Of a DNA stretch of 32,000 bases, positions 8,973 through 18,212 are shown one piece after another; the first letter of the stretch is position 1; each line of letters begins with the position of its first letter. The notes under the pieces are model-generated. The model searched no databases. It was not told the origin of the DNA and worked only from the letters and a program-made list of their open reading frames with translations. The DNA is from Candidatus Helarchaeota ASGARD archaeon Hel_GB_B (GTDB lineage Archaea; Asgardarchaeota; Lokiarchaeia; Helarchaeales; HEL-GB-B), in contig SUPR01000029.1 of NCBI GenBank assembly GCA_005191425.1, positions 4,737-36,736 of the forward strand, in the 5' to 3' direction. The position numbers were made by a program, and so were the translations under genes.

Positions 8973-9398
8973 CTAATTTTCAAAATCAAATAATTCAGAT
9001 GAAAAGAAATCTTCTAAATCACAATTCACCAATTCAGATTCAATTTTTCTTCTAATAATTTTGGTAATTTCGGGATTTGGCCCAATAATATAAACACAAA
9101 CAAGGTCATTATTTAAAATAACATTTTTCGAGTTAGAATCATTGACCGAAATTATAGCATTTTTGAAGTAGAAAGTATCATAAATTCTTTTTGCACCGAT
9201 AAATTTACTTGGAATTATGTTATTTATTAATAATATTTTCTGATTTTTAGTTATATATAATAATTCAGATTCTTTTCTTCTTGAATAATATTTAGATCTG
9301 GCTAATCTAACATCTTTAGGAAGAAAATTTATGAGTCTAAAGTATAAATAGAAAATTATTCCGACAATTATAACTCCAATCAGTAAAATCTCAATCAT
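8973..9398 (-). CDS. Single N-terminal TM-anchored hypothetical protein
   Basis: MIEILLIGVIIVGIIFYLYFR anchor followed by a soluble domain. First gene of a tight three-gene operon with 9 and 18 nt gaps. Confidence 0.7.
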   Translation of the reverse strand: MIEILLIGVIIVGIIFYLYFRLINFLPKDVRLARSKYYSRRKESELLYITKNQKILLINNIIPSKFIGAKRIYDTFYFKNAIISVNDSNSKNVILNNDLVCVYIIGPNPEITKIIRRKIESELVNCDLEDFFSSELFDFEN

Positions 9399-9497
9399 AA
9401 TTGACTACCAACAAATTTATAAATGAAATTTTTGACCTTTGCATTTTTGGTTTAAAATCTCCAGGTAAATTGAACTATTTAAAAATCTTTTGAATGA
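9399..9497. promoter_or_regulatory. Short divergent (bidirectional) promoter region between the membrane operon and the helicase
   Basis: 99-bp gap between divergent starts. TATA-like TTTATAAA at ~9417-9424 and ATTTAAAA at ~9477-9484 lie about 15-25 nt from the respective starts. Confidence 0.4.
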
Positions 9498-12161
9498 GTG
9501 AATAAATTGATCAAGTACGATAAGATCATTAAAGATATGTTAGAAAAAGTTGGTATCGAAAATTTACGGCCAATTCAGAAGCAGTCGGTGCCATTTATAT
9601 TTGGGAAAAAGCCAAGAAACTTATTAATAGTGGCACCCAGTGCCAGTGGAAAAACTTTAATTGGGGAGCTTGCGTTAATGAATGCTGCATTAAACGGAAT
9701 GAAAGGTTTTTATTTAGTCCCATTAAAATCTATAGCAAATGAAAAATTTATAGATTTCTTCAAAAAATATAGTGCTAATATTTCGATTGCAATCACTACG
9801 GGGGATTTTGATATCTCTATGGAAGAATTGGAAAAAAAACAAATAATAATAACAACATATGAGCGATTTGATTCAATTATTAGAAAAAAACCTTCTTGGT
9901 TTAAAAGGATTTTTGTAGTAGTTATTGATGAAATCCATAATATTGGCGATAGAACTCGTGGTATAAAACTTGAGAGCCTTTTAACCCGACTTATGACTTA
10001 TAATCAAATTCAAATTATTGGACTATCGGCTACAATTAAAAATCCAGAGGACTTAGCAAGCTGGTTAAATGCGGAATTAATAATAAACAAAGAAAGACCC
10101 GCAGAATTGCGATATAAAATTCTTATCTCAGAAAATAAATATGAAACCTTAAAAAATTTAATACCAAAATTGGTCGAAAAAAAAGCACAAATACTAATTT
10201 TTACTAGAACTCGAAAAGAGTCAGAAAAATTAGCAAAAAATCTATCAAAAGTTGTCAAAAAATACCTCACTTTTGATGAATTTCAGGAATTGGATTCATT
10301 TTCTAAAAATATTATGGAGTCATCACTTGATTTTCAGACAATTACTGGCGGTGTTGGCTATCACCATGCCGGCTTAGATCATAATTCAAGAATTTTAGTT
10401 GAAAAATTGTTTAATAATTCATTAATTAAAGTCATTTGTTGTACTACTACATTGTCTTCCGGGATAAATACGCCTGCAAATATTGTAATAATAAAGGATT
10501 TTAAAATGTACAATAATATTTCAAACAGACCAGAACTTTTGGATAAAAATAAATTCCATCAAATTTCTGGAAGAGCTGGAAGATTTGAAAAAAATATTGG
10601 TTTTGCAATTATTATGGTATCAAATGAAGAGGAAGCAAATAAAGTAAAGGAATATTATTTTAAAGAAATTAATTTAAATAATGATAAATATCATAAAAAA
10701 AGCGTTTTAAAAGCTAAATATGAAAATATTTTTAGTTCATTACCTGAAAATAGATATGCTTTAATCGATCAAACATTGGTTTTTATTCATCACCATGCTG
10801 AAGGAATAACTAGAAATGATTTAATTAGATTTTTTAAAAAGACATTCTTTTATTTTCAATTAAAAAGCCATGGAAATGAAGATTATTTAATAGAACGACT
10901 TGCGTTTGATAAAAAGAATATAGAAGCTGTCTTAAGAGCTCATTTAGTTAACCCCAATAACATTATACCTGCGGAAGTAAAGGCTATACATATATTAGAA
11001 GATAGATTTGAAGGTATTGTTATTACTAATCATGAAAAAATTGATAGAATTTGTAGTTTTTCTAATAATTCCCGATACTGCACTTGCTCCACTTTTAAAA
11101 ATACAGGTTTTTGTATTCATTTATATCATTTAGCTATTGCAGCATTGAAAAAATATCGGATTTCATCGGAAGATATCATTTTAAGTTCATTTAATGAAAA
11201 TTTTATTTTAGATTATCTTCTTAATAACAATCTAATTTATATCGAAAATGAGCGGTTTAAGTGTACAGAATATGGAAATTTAATTGTGAATCTATTTATA
11301 GACTCGCGTATGTTTCTATTTATTAGAAATAGATTGAAATTTACTACTTGTACTTATGATTTTTTAGATTTGATTAAAAAATTAACGGAATTAAAGTTTG
11401 AAAAATCTCTGAGTTATCATTATCTTTCAGTATTAAATGAAATAATAAATACTGACGAAAATATCGATATTAATAAATTTTTAAAAAAGATGAGTACATC
11501 TGAAATTGGAATTGGTGACCTTGAGAGTTTTATAGAGGCATGTAGATGGGTAACTAATGTGATAATAAAAGTTGCAGAAAATACAATTGAAGGAAACGAA
11601 AAAATCATTAATATTGGAAAAATGGTCTTGGATAAAATAAATAGACCATTACCAGATGAAGAAATGATGTATAAAATAGTCCAAAGCTCAATGGGTTCGA
11701 ATATTGGCATTATAAAAAGTAACGATGAAGATATGAAACGAATATTCTGTAAAAAAGTCAAATATTTTTTAGTATTACATAAAATAAGCGGAGTCCCAAT
11801 TTATTCATATAATTTCTCTCTTAATGACCTTGACTCGTCATTAATATCTGGTTATTTGACAGCAATTAGTAGTTTCGGGCTAGAAATATCTGGAGGAATT
11901 CAAACAAACGTGAAAAAAATGGAATATGATAAAATGAAAATTTTGATACAAGAAGGAGAAAACATTCGAGCTACTATTATCTTGGAAGAAGGATATGATG
12001 AATGGGTTTTAGAGCGACTTAAAATTTTTATTGAAAATGTTGAGAATAAATTTACAAATTTACAGAACTGGAATGGAGATTTAAACATGTTTCGGAATAT
12101 CGGAAAAATGTTTAATGAAGTATTTGGTTATAATCTAATTGAAGACCCGCCAAATATTTAA
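9498..12161 (+). CDS. Hel308/Ski2-like SF2 DExH helicase with inserted SWIM zinc finger and C-terminal longin-like domain
   Basis: Q motif (LRPIQ), Walker A APSASGKT, DEIH, GLSAT, HHAGL, TTTLSSGIN and QISGRAGR. SWIM C528-x-C530-x8-C539-x-H541 (11079-11120). Longin-like 'YFLVLHKISGVPIYSYNF...DSSLISGYLTAISSF' from ~11760. Confidence 0.88.
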   Translation: MNKLIKYDKIIKDMLEKVGIENLRPIQKQSVPFIFGKKPRNLLIVAPSASGKTLIGELALMNAALNGMKGFYLVPLKSIANEKFIDFFKKYSANISIAITTGDFDISMEELEKKQIIITTYERFDSIIRKKPSWFKRIFVVVIDEIHNIGDRTRGIKLESLLTRLMTYNQIQIIGLSATIKNPEDLASWLNAELIINKERPAELRYKILISENKYETLKNLIPKLVEKKAQILIFTRTRKESEKLAKNLSKVVKKYLTFDEFQELDSFSKNIMESSLDFQTITGGVGYHHAGLDHNSRILVEKLFNNSLIKVICCTTTLSSGINTPANIVIIKDFKMYNNISNRPELLDKNKFHQISGRAGRFEKNIGFAIIMVSNEEEANKVKEYYFKEINLNNDKYHKKSVLKAKYENIFSSLPENRYALIDQTLVFIHHHAEGITRNDLIRFFKKTFFYFQLKSHGNEDYLIERLAFDKKNIEAVLRAHLVNPNNIIPAEVKAIHILEDRFEGIVITNHEKIDRICSFSNNSRYCTCSTFKNTGFCIHLYHLAIAALKKYRISSEDIILSSFNENFILDYLLNNNLIYIENERFKCTEYGNLIVNLFIDSRMFLFIRNRLKFTTCTYDFLDLIKKLTELKFEKSLSYHYLSVLNEIINTDENIDINKFLKKMSTSEIGIGDLESFIEACRWVTNVIIKVAENTIEGNEKIINIGKMVLDKINRPLPDEEMMYKIVQSSMGSNIGIIKSNDEDMKRIFCKKVKYFLVLHKISGVPIYSYNFSLNDLDSSLISGYLTAISSFGLEISGGIQTNVKKMEYDKMKILIQEGENIRATIILEEGYDEWVLERLKIFIENVENKFTNLQNWNGDLNMFRNIGKMFNEVFGYNLIEDPPNI

Positions 12162-12164
12162 TAT

Positions 12165-14123
12165 TTACAAATTAATTTTGTTATAAAACATTTTTACAAT
12201 TCTTCCAACAAGTCCCTCATATTTTTCGATTTTTATAATCCTGTCTTGTATCCAATTACTTAATAATTTAAAATATTTTTTATAAAAAAATCTTTCATCT
12301 AAAAATATTATTATTCCTTTATCATCAAGTTTTCTGATAGGTCTTCCTGCTGATTGATTTGCTTTTCTTAAAGCAGGGATATAATACGCATATTCCAGTC
12401 CTCGTTCTTCACCAAATAAGTTTTGATAATATTTAATCAATTTTTTTATTGAATACGAAATTTTTGCAAAAGGTATGCCAACTATGACTACAGTACTCAT
12501 TTCCTTACCTGGAAAATCTACACCCTCAGAGTTTCTACCACCAGATGCACCAATTAAAAACCCTCTCATACCCTTGTAAGGTAATTTCTTATATTCAGTG
12601 ATCATAGCTTCGTTCTCTTTACTATTCATACTTTTAGATTCCATGAAAAATTTGATCCCCAATTCCTCTATTTTTTCTTTTAGCCCTTGTTCTAAAAGTC
12701 CATTAATTACTGAATAAGATGCACAGAAAACCCCTGTATTATATTTTGTGTTTTTAGCTGCTTCAACACAACAATTCATGATAAACCTATAATTCTCTTC
12801 AGTTCGGTCTTCAAATTTTAGAGTGATATCTTGTACTCCTATTATTGAAACATTTTCAAATGGGAATGGCGATGGTAGTATTCGTTCTTTAGTATTATCA
12901 AGGGTCATCCCGCAAATTTCTCGGAATGCTCGTATCGGCGCTAAAGTACCAGAAATTATCACCAAATTTCTTGCATTAAATAAATCATTTAAAATGGGTC
13001 TAACATCAAGTGTTTTAATCACAAACTCAACATTTATTTTATTTTTAACTTTAGATACTCTTAAAATATGAATATAGTCTGGTCTTAAATAATTTTGATA
13101 GATAAATTGTAAAAAATGTGCTGTTTTATATAGGCTAGACCTAGGAAGTTTATTATTTTTAAGCATTAATTCTCGAACTTGTACCCCTTTTTCTATTAAA
13201 TTATTGAAAAAATTCTCAATATTGTCTGTTTTTATTTGAGAGAAAATATTTTTTAATGTACTTTTTCTAACAGCTATTTCGATAGTTTCACCCTCTTTTG
13301 GGTCGTATGCCATCCCAGTAGTTTCAATAAATGATTTAATGTCCTTAAGAAATTGTATTGATGGGACATCATCGTCTAATAGTAATCCAATTAATTCATC
13401 TAAAGCTCTTTTAACTGATCTGGGTGTGATTTGTTGAGTCCCTGCTTCTAATGCCACATCAATTATATTATGCCCTTCATCAAATACAATTATGCAATCA
13501 GAAATTAATTTATCGATATCTTTGAAAAAAATTTGCCTGATAAATGGGTGAATTAGATAATTGAATGTCGTAATAATTACATCAGTCTCTTTCAATAGTC
13601 TTTTTGCCAGATAATAAGGACATATATTATATCTTACGCCAATAGCAATTAATTCTTCACTTTTACCTGTTTTTAAATTATATTCAAAATTTTGTAAATT
13701 GGTGAAATATTTACAACTTCCATTTTTTCGCAATTGGCTACAAAGATCTGTAATCTCCATTATTGTCCCTCTCCTGACTTCTTCATTAAGACACATCTCG
13801 GTTTTCCCTTTTAATGTTAAACCTCTAACCACATAACCTTGATCACTACCTTTTTTGTTTATTTCCTCTAATTCAGCAATAACCCTATCCATTTGGGTAT
13901 GCGTCCGAGTAGCATATATCATAGTTAAATTGTTTTGCTTGATAATTGGTATAATAGCAGATAAAGTTGTTATTGTTTTACCAGAACCATTTGCAGCTTC
14001 TATGAGAATGAATTTATGTGGTAATTTTAAATGGTCATATATTTCATTCATTAATAGACCTTGTCCAGGCCTAAGTGAATTATAGGGAAAAAACTTTCTA
14101 ATTGAAGAAGGAATTGATATCAT
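12165..14123 (-). CDS. xpd: XPD/Rad3 (DinG family) FeS-cluster 5'-3' helicase
   Basis: LRPGQ, AANGSGKT, ATRTHTQ, four FeS cysteines (EMC, DLC, GSC, ICPYY), DEGHN, ISGTL, SEGVDFPG and QSAGRPIR. Confidence 0.93.
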   Translation of the reverse strand: MISIPSSIRKFFPYNSLRPGQGLLMNEIYDHLKLPHKFILIEAANGSGKTITTLSAIIPIIKQNNLTMIYATRTHTQMDRVIAELEEINKKGSDQGYVVRGLTLKGKTEMCLNEEVRRGTIMEITDLCSQLRKNGSCKYFTNLQNFEYNLKTGKSEELIAIGVRYNICPYYLAKRLLKETDVIITTFNYLIHPFIRQIFFKDIDKLISDCIIVFDEGHNIIDVALEAGTQQITPRSVKRALDELIGLLLDDDVPSIQFLKDIKSFIETTGMAYDPKEGETIEIAVRKSTLKNIFSQIKTDNIENFFNNLIEKGVQVRELMLKNNKLPRSSLYKTAHFLQFIYQNYLRPDYIHILRVSKVKNKINVEFVIKTLDVRPILNDLFNARNLVIISGTLAPIRAFREICGMTLDNTKERILPSPFPFENVSIIGVQDITLKFEDRTEENYRFIMNCCVEAAKNTKYNTGVFCASYSVINGLLEQGLKEKIEELGIKFFMESKSMNSKENEAMITEYKKLPYKGMRGFLIGASGGRNSEGVDFPGKEMSTVVIVGIPFAKISYSIKKLIKYYQNLFGEERGLEYAYYIPALRKANQSAGRPIRKLDDKGIIIFLDERFFYKKYFKLLSNWIQDRIIKIEKYEGLVGRIVKMFYNKINL

Positions 14124-14893
14124 TTATTATAAACCCCTTTTTTATAGTTATATAGAAGTTTTCCAGTTAATAGACTAACAAGTATACCAATTACAATTGA
14201 AATTATCATATAATTATAATTTATAAAAAATAAATTTATAAGATTAGAACGAGCAAATCCTGAATAATTAGAATTGATTATTGTACAAGTTAATATCGGC
14301 TCAGATACTAGATTTTCTCTTATTGAAACTTCATATTTCAACAATATTTTAGAATTTATATCATAATAATAGGAAATAATCAGTGCTTGAGTAAAAACTG
14401 TTATAATATGTGTATAGACTTGACATAAAATCAACCCGATTTTATTTCCGAAATCAATCACTTCTAACTGGGATTTCTGAAATAAAACTTCTGATGGGGA
14501 AAGATTTGTAGCCAATATTATTTGTGGTTGAAAATCCATTAATATCCACTGCTGATGGTCATTATCTTGGTCTTTACCAGTTTCTGGATCTATATAATAT
14601 GTGCTACTTTTTATATATTCGAAAAAATTTAATCTATAGTTTTCAGTATATGTGACAATTATAACCTGACTAGAAATATTAAATTGAACTTCGATATTCG
14701 ATTGATATTGACCTTTTAAATAGAAGGAATCAGGACTAATCTCTATCAAATTTCCATTAACTATATATGATACATTAAAATTGCCTAAAGTTGCTGAATA
14801 AGTTATTTTTGAATAGAAAATTAACATATTAAATAAACCAAAAATAGATAAAAGAATAATAAAAAAAATACTAGCCCTATTTTTAAAATTCAT
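14120..14893 (-). CDS. Exported/membrane-anchored protein (N-terminal signal, beta-rich ectodomain, C-terminal TM)
   Basis: Hydrophobic N-terminus and C-terminal TM (IISIVIGILVSLLTGKLLY) followed by KK. ATGA overlap with the xpd start; 24 nt downstream of the RadA-like gene. Confidence 0.75.
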   Translation of the reverse strand: MNFKNRASIFFIILLSIFGLFNMLIFYSKITYSATLGNFNVSYIVNGNLIEISPDSFYLKGQYQSNIEVQFNISSQVIIVTYTENYRLNFFEYIKSSTYYIDPETGKDQDNDHQQWILMDFQPQIILATNLSPSEVLFQKSQLEVIDFGNKIGLILCQVYTHIITVFTQALIISYYYDINSKILLKYEVSIRENLVSEPILTCTIINSNYSGFARSNLINLFFINYNYMIISIVIGILVSLLTGKLLYNYKKGVYNK

Positions 14894-14917
14894 CTGCTCT
14901 CACAATAATGAAATTTT

Positions 14918-16015
14918 TTACGAGCGTTTTCTTCGTACTATCTTTTTAGTTTGTGGGACTTCTTTTTCAACTGTATTAATTTGCCTTTCTGTTGATGGAT
15001 TTTTATTCATTTTGGTATCGGATTGTTTTATTGTATTTATTTTAACAGGTTTTACACCTAAATCATAATATCCAGTATCTCGTAATACAAGTACAACTTC
15101 ACTTTTTGGTAAATCTACGGCTTTTTCAACTTTAAATTTACGTTCTCCTTTTGCTGAACTTTTGATTGTAACTTGGATTCTGATTTCCGATTCATGTCCA
15201 ATTACATTTCCCATTGAATGTTTAATTCCAGCGCCATAGCCCGAAGGGTCGCCTGTTGCTTGATTTGTAATTACAGCAACAATGTTATATAATTTAGCAA
15301 ATTTTTTAATTTCATGAAGTATTTGATTGGCTTTTTGTTGTCGCTCGGGTATTAATTGCCTTTGTGCACCATATTCTGACCTAAAATGCGTAGCAATTGA
15401 GTCAAGTACTACTAATTTAGCACCCGTTAATTCTATTTGCGTTCCTAATTGTTGAGAACACATATATCGTAATGCATCAGAATTAGCTGGAACTGCCCGA
15501 GAAATTCCTTTAATAACTGCATTACCATCTAGACCAAACCTGGGCGCTATCTCTCTAATTCTTTTTAATGATAAAGAATTTTCTGCATCAATAAATACAG
15601 TACCCCCACCAAGTCCTCCTTTTGATTTTGGCAAAGCAGCAGTACATATCAATTGATGTAGCATATTTGATTTTCCGGTACCCTCAGGACCCCAAAATTC
15701 ATACAATCTTTGAGTAGACAAACCCCCACCTAATATTTCATCAAAAGTTTTACAGCCGGTCGTTAATATTTCTCTTTTATTATATTCTTCTAATAATTCG
15801 TCTCCTGTCTTAAATTTAAGACCAAGTACCCCATCTGACTGTTCAGCCGCAGATCTAATAATTTTTTTTGCAACAGCTTCTGTAATTCCATCAATTGCAG
15901 CTAATTCACTAGGCCTCGCAGTTGCTATTGATTCTATAGTTCTAAAACCATTATCAATTAGTTTCTGGGCAGTAGTAGCTCCAATTCCATCCAATCTTTC
16001 TAAATCTGAACTCAA
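14918..16015 (-). CDS. radA: RadA/Rad51-family recombinase, full length with N-terminal HhH domain; divergent, possibly a paralogue
   Basis: LDGIGATTAQKL HhH, TTGCKTFDEILGGG, Walker A GPEGTGKS, KGGLGG, FIDAE, Walker B VVLDS, HFRSEY, ERQQK and ITNQ. TTG start with SD AGGTGA. Confidence 0.88.
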   Translation of the reverse strand: MSSDLERLDGIGATTAQKLIDNGFRTIESIATARPSELAAIDGITEAVAKKIIRSAAEQSDGVLGLKFKTGDELLEEYNKREILTTGCKTFDEILGGGLSTQRLYEFWGPEGTGKSNMLHQLICTAALPKSKGGLGGGTVFIDAENSLSLKRIREIAPRFGLDGNAVIKGISRAVPANSDALRYMCSQQLGTQIELTGAKLVVLDSIATHFRSEYGAQRQLIPERQQKANQILHEIKKFAKLYNIVAVITNQATGDPSGYGAGIKHSMGNVIGHESEIRIQVTIKSSAKGERKFKVEKAVDLPKSEVVLVLRDTGYYDLGVKPVKINTIKQSDTKMNKNPSTERQINTVEKEVPQTKKIVRRKRS

Positions 16016-16023
16016 TTATAAAA

Positions 16024-16029
16024 TCACCT
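16024..16029 (-). promoter_or_regulatory. Shine-Dalgarno site (AGGTGA) for the RadA-like gene
   Basis: The minus strand reads TAGGTGATTTTATAATTG, placing AGGTGA 8 nt upstream of the TTG start. Confidence 0.65.
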
Positions 16030-16543
16030 ATTTCCTTTGATTAATTTTAAGCGGGTAAAAAAATTTGTTTTTAAATGTTTCGATTAAGTGTTAAACTATA
16101 TTTACAGACTTGGATAATATTTTCTAATTGAAAAAAGCGAAAAATAAAACTATTTTAAATAGAAATCTTCTAAAATTTAATTATAAATTTATATTGCTTT
16201 TTTTATATATATTATTCAATAAAATTCTTAAAAAATTCTGAAATCTAAGATACATTAGATCTATTTTTTTAAAAAAGTTATAGATTAATTATAAAACTAA
16301 TTATTTTCTACAAATCTAAAAATTTTTTACAATTAGCCCAAATCTTCTTATCTTATATCCTCTCATAATTGATTTTTTTATAAAAGTAAGGTGTGCCTAT
16401 AAATTTATAACCAAAATTTAATCGGAATTAAATAATCTTTTTAATATTTTATTTGTAGATCAAAACTTTTTTCTCAAATTAAATTTTTTATTTCAGAGGT
16501 TTTTGGCAAAACTTTATAATATTTCAAATTTAATTTTCAAAAA

Positions 16544-17968
16544 ATGACCTCAAAAACACATGTTTGTCTAATTCAATGCGATTATCCTAAAGACCATAGT
16601 TTTATTATTAAAGATATTATTTTTCCACCATTAGGATTAGAGTATTTAGCTGCAAATATTGGGGATTTAGCTGAAATTAAGATTTTTGATAATAGATTTC
16701 CCGAATATAACTTAAAAAATCTTAAAAAAGAATTTGAAAATTTTCACCCAGATATTGTAGGGATAAGTGTAAATTTCTCCAATCAAATTTATCATGCAAA
16801 TGCTATAGCTAAAATTGCAAAAGATTTTGGAGCTAAAGTATTAATGGGTGGTTGGCATGCCACTGCAGTACCTGAGGACACGTTATCATTTCCATGGACT
16901 GACCTTGTTATTCGTGGTGAAGGAGAATCTGCTCTGAGAAACCTGATTATAAAAGGTAGTCCTTCTGACATAAAAGGGATTTCTTATAAAAAAAATGGAA
17001 AAATAATTCACAATCCTGACCAAGAATTGTTAGATTTAAATTCATCTAATCCTCCTGCCCGAAATTATAGGCCTAAATTCGCTAAAAAATATTATAACTT
17101 TTTTGGTGTTCCGGTTGATTCGATGGAAACGAGCAGAGGATGTCCATATAGATGTAAATTTTGTAATATACATAATTTTTATCACCATAAATATAGAACA
17201 CGCTCAATTCGTCAAATCATCCAGGATTTAAATCAAATTAATGAATCAGTTAAATTAGTATATATTATTGATGACAATTTTACTGCATATAGAAGTCATG
17301 TAATCGAAGTATGTAATGCAATAATTAAAAGAAATATAAAAAAAGCATTTATGAGTACTTCACGCCTAGATCAAGTTGTAAAATACCCGGAAATTTACGA
17401 ATTAATGGCAAAAGCTGGGTTTATTTTTACTTTTGTAGGAATTGAAAGCTTTTCCAATAAAACCTTAAAAAGTTTAAACAAACAGCTTGAATTGAAACAA
17501 ATTAGAAAAGGTATAAAAATTCTGCATGATTTAGGGTTTATTATTGAAGGAAATATTATATTGGGAGCAAATTATAACGATACAAAAAAGGATTTAGAAT
17601 CAACATTGGAAATAGCTAAAAGTCTAGACATCGATATACCGACCTTCTCTTTACTTACACCTTATCCTATGACAGACCTCTGGGATGAAGTCAATGAAAA
17701 AGGGCTTCTTTTATCGGGGATTGACTGGCACAAATTCAACTGGAATAACCCAATTATAAAATATCCTCATTTGTCTCCTGAAGATTTGAAATATTATCTA
17801 AATAAAGCATATTTCGAGGTCAGACGATTTAAAAATCCATTAAATAAATTTGTTAATATTCTCAGAGCTAGAGGGCTGTCTTTCTTTATTTCTACTTTTC
17901 TAACTCAAGGTGGAATCAAATCTCTAATACATTTTATTAAAAGAATATATCCTGACTTTTTGAAATGA
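16544..17968 (+). CDS. Cobalamin (B12)-binding radical SAM protein
   Basis: B12-binding domain (PPLGLEYLAA, PDIVGIS, MGGWHAT, RGEGE). SRGCPYRCKFC (CxxxCxxC), IDDNF and GIESFS. Confidence 0.92.
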   Translation: MTSKTHVCLIQCDYPKDHSFIIKDIIFPPLGLEYLAANIGDLAEIKIFDNRFPEYNLKNLKKEFENFHPDIVGISVNFSNQIYHANAIAKIAKDFGAKVLMGGWHATAVPEDTLSFPWTDLVIRGEGESALRNLIIKGSPSDIKGISYKKNGKIIHNPDQELLDLNSSNPPARNYRPKFAKKYYNFFGVPVDSMETSRGCPYRCKFCNIHNFYHHKYRTRSIRQIIQDLNQINESVKLVYIIDDNFTAYRSHVIEVCNAIIKRNIKKAFMSTSRLDQVVKYPEIYELMAKAGFIFTFVGIESFSNKTLKSLNKQLELKQIRKGIKILHDLGFIIEGNIILGANYNDTKKDLESTLEIAKSLDIDIPTFSLLTPYPMTDLWDEVNEKGLLLSGIDWHKFNWNNPIIKYPHLSPEDLKYYLNKAYFEVRRFKNPLNKFVNILRARGLSFFISTFLTQGGIKSLIHFIKRIYPDFLK

Positions 17969-18212
17969 AATTTTATTGTTGTCGAGATTATTTTCTTTTT
18001 TCTAAATTATTTTTATGAGCGTATCCGCATAGTAATTAATAAAATTTCTTCTAAATCTTACTAATTATTCCATTTTAATTATAATTAAAATTTCTGATCT
18101 TCTACTCATGATTTTTTTACATTCCATTATATTTTTAAATGGAATTTTTCACCTTTTAAAATTATTATTTAATCATAAATGAAAATATTATCCAAGAAGG
18201 ACTTGTAAAAAT

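Noticed and set aside
236-13071. Short alternative-frame or antisense ORFs in the track (236..436, 3959..4186, 4342..4530, 4696..4962, 5152..5412, 6364..6546, 8665..8976, 10010..10270, 11420..11761, 11900..12088, 12823..13071)
   Set aside because: They are nested within or antisense to longer motif-bearing genes, or have low-complexity AT-driven composition; most likely shadows.
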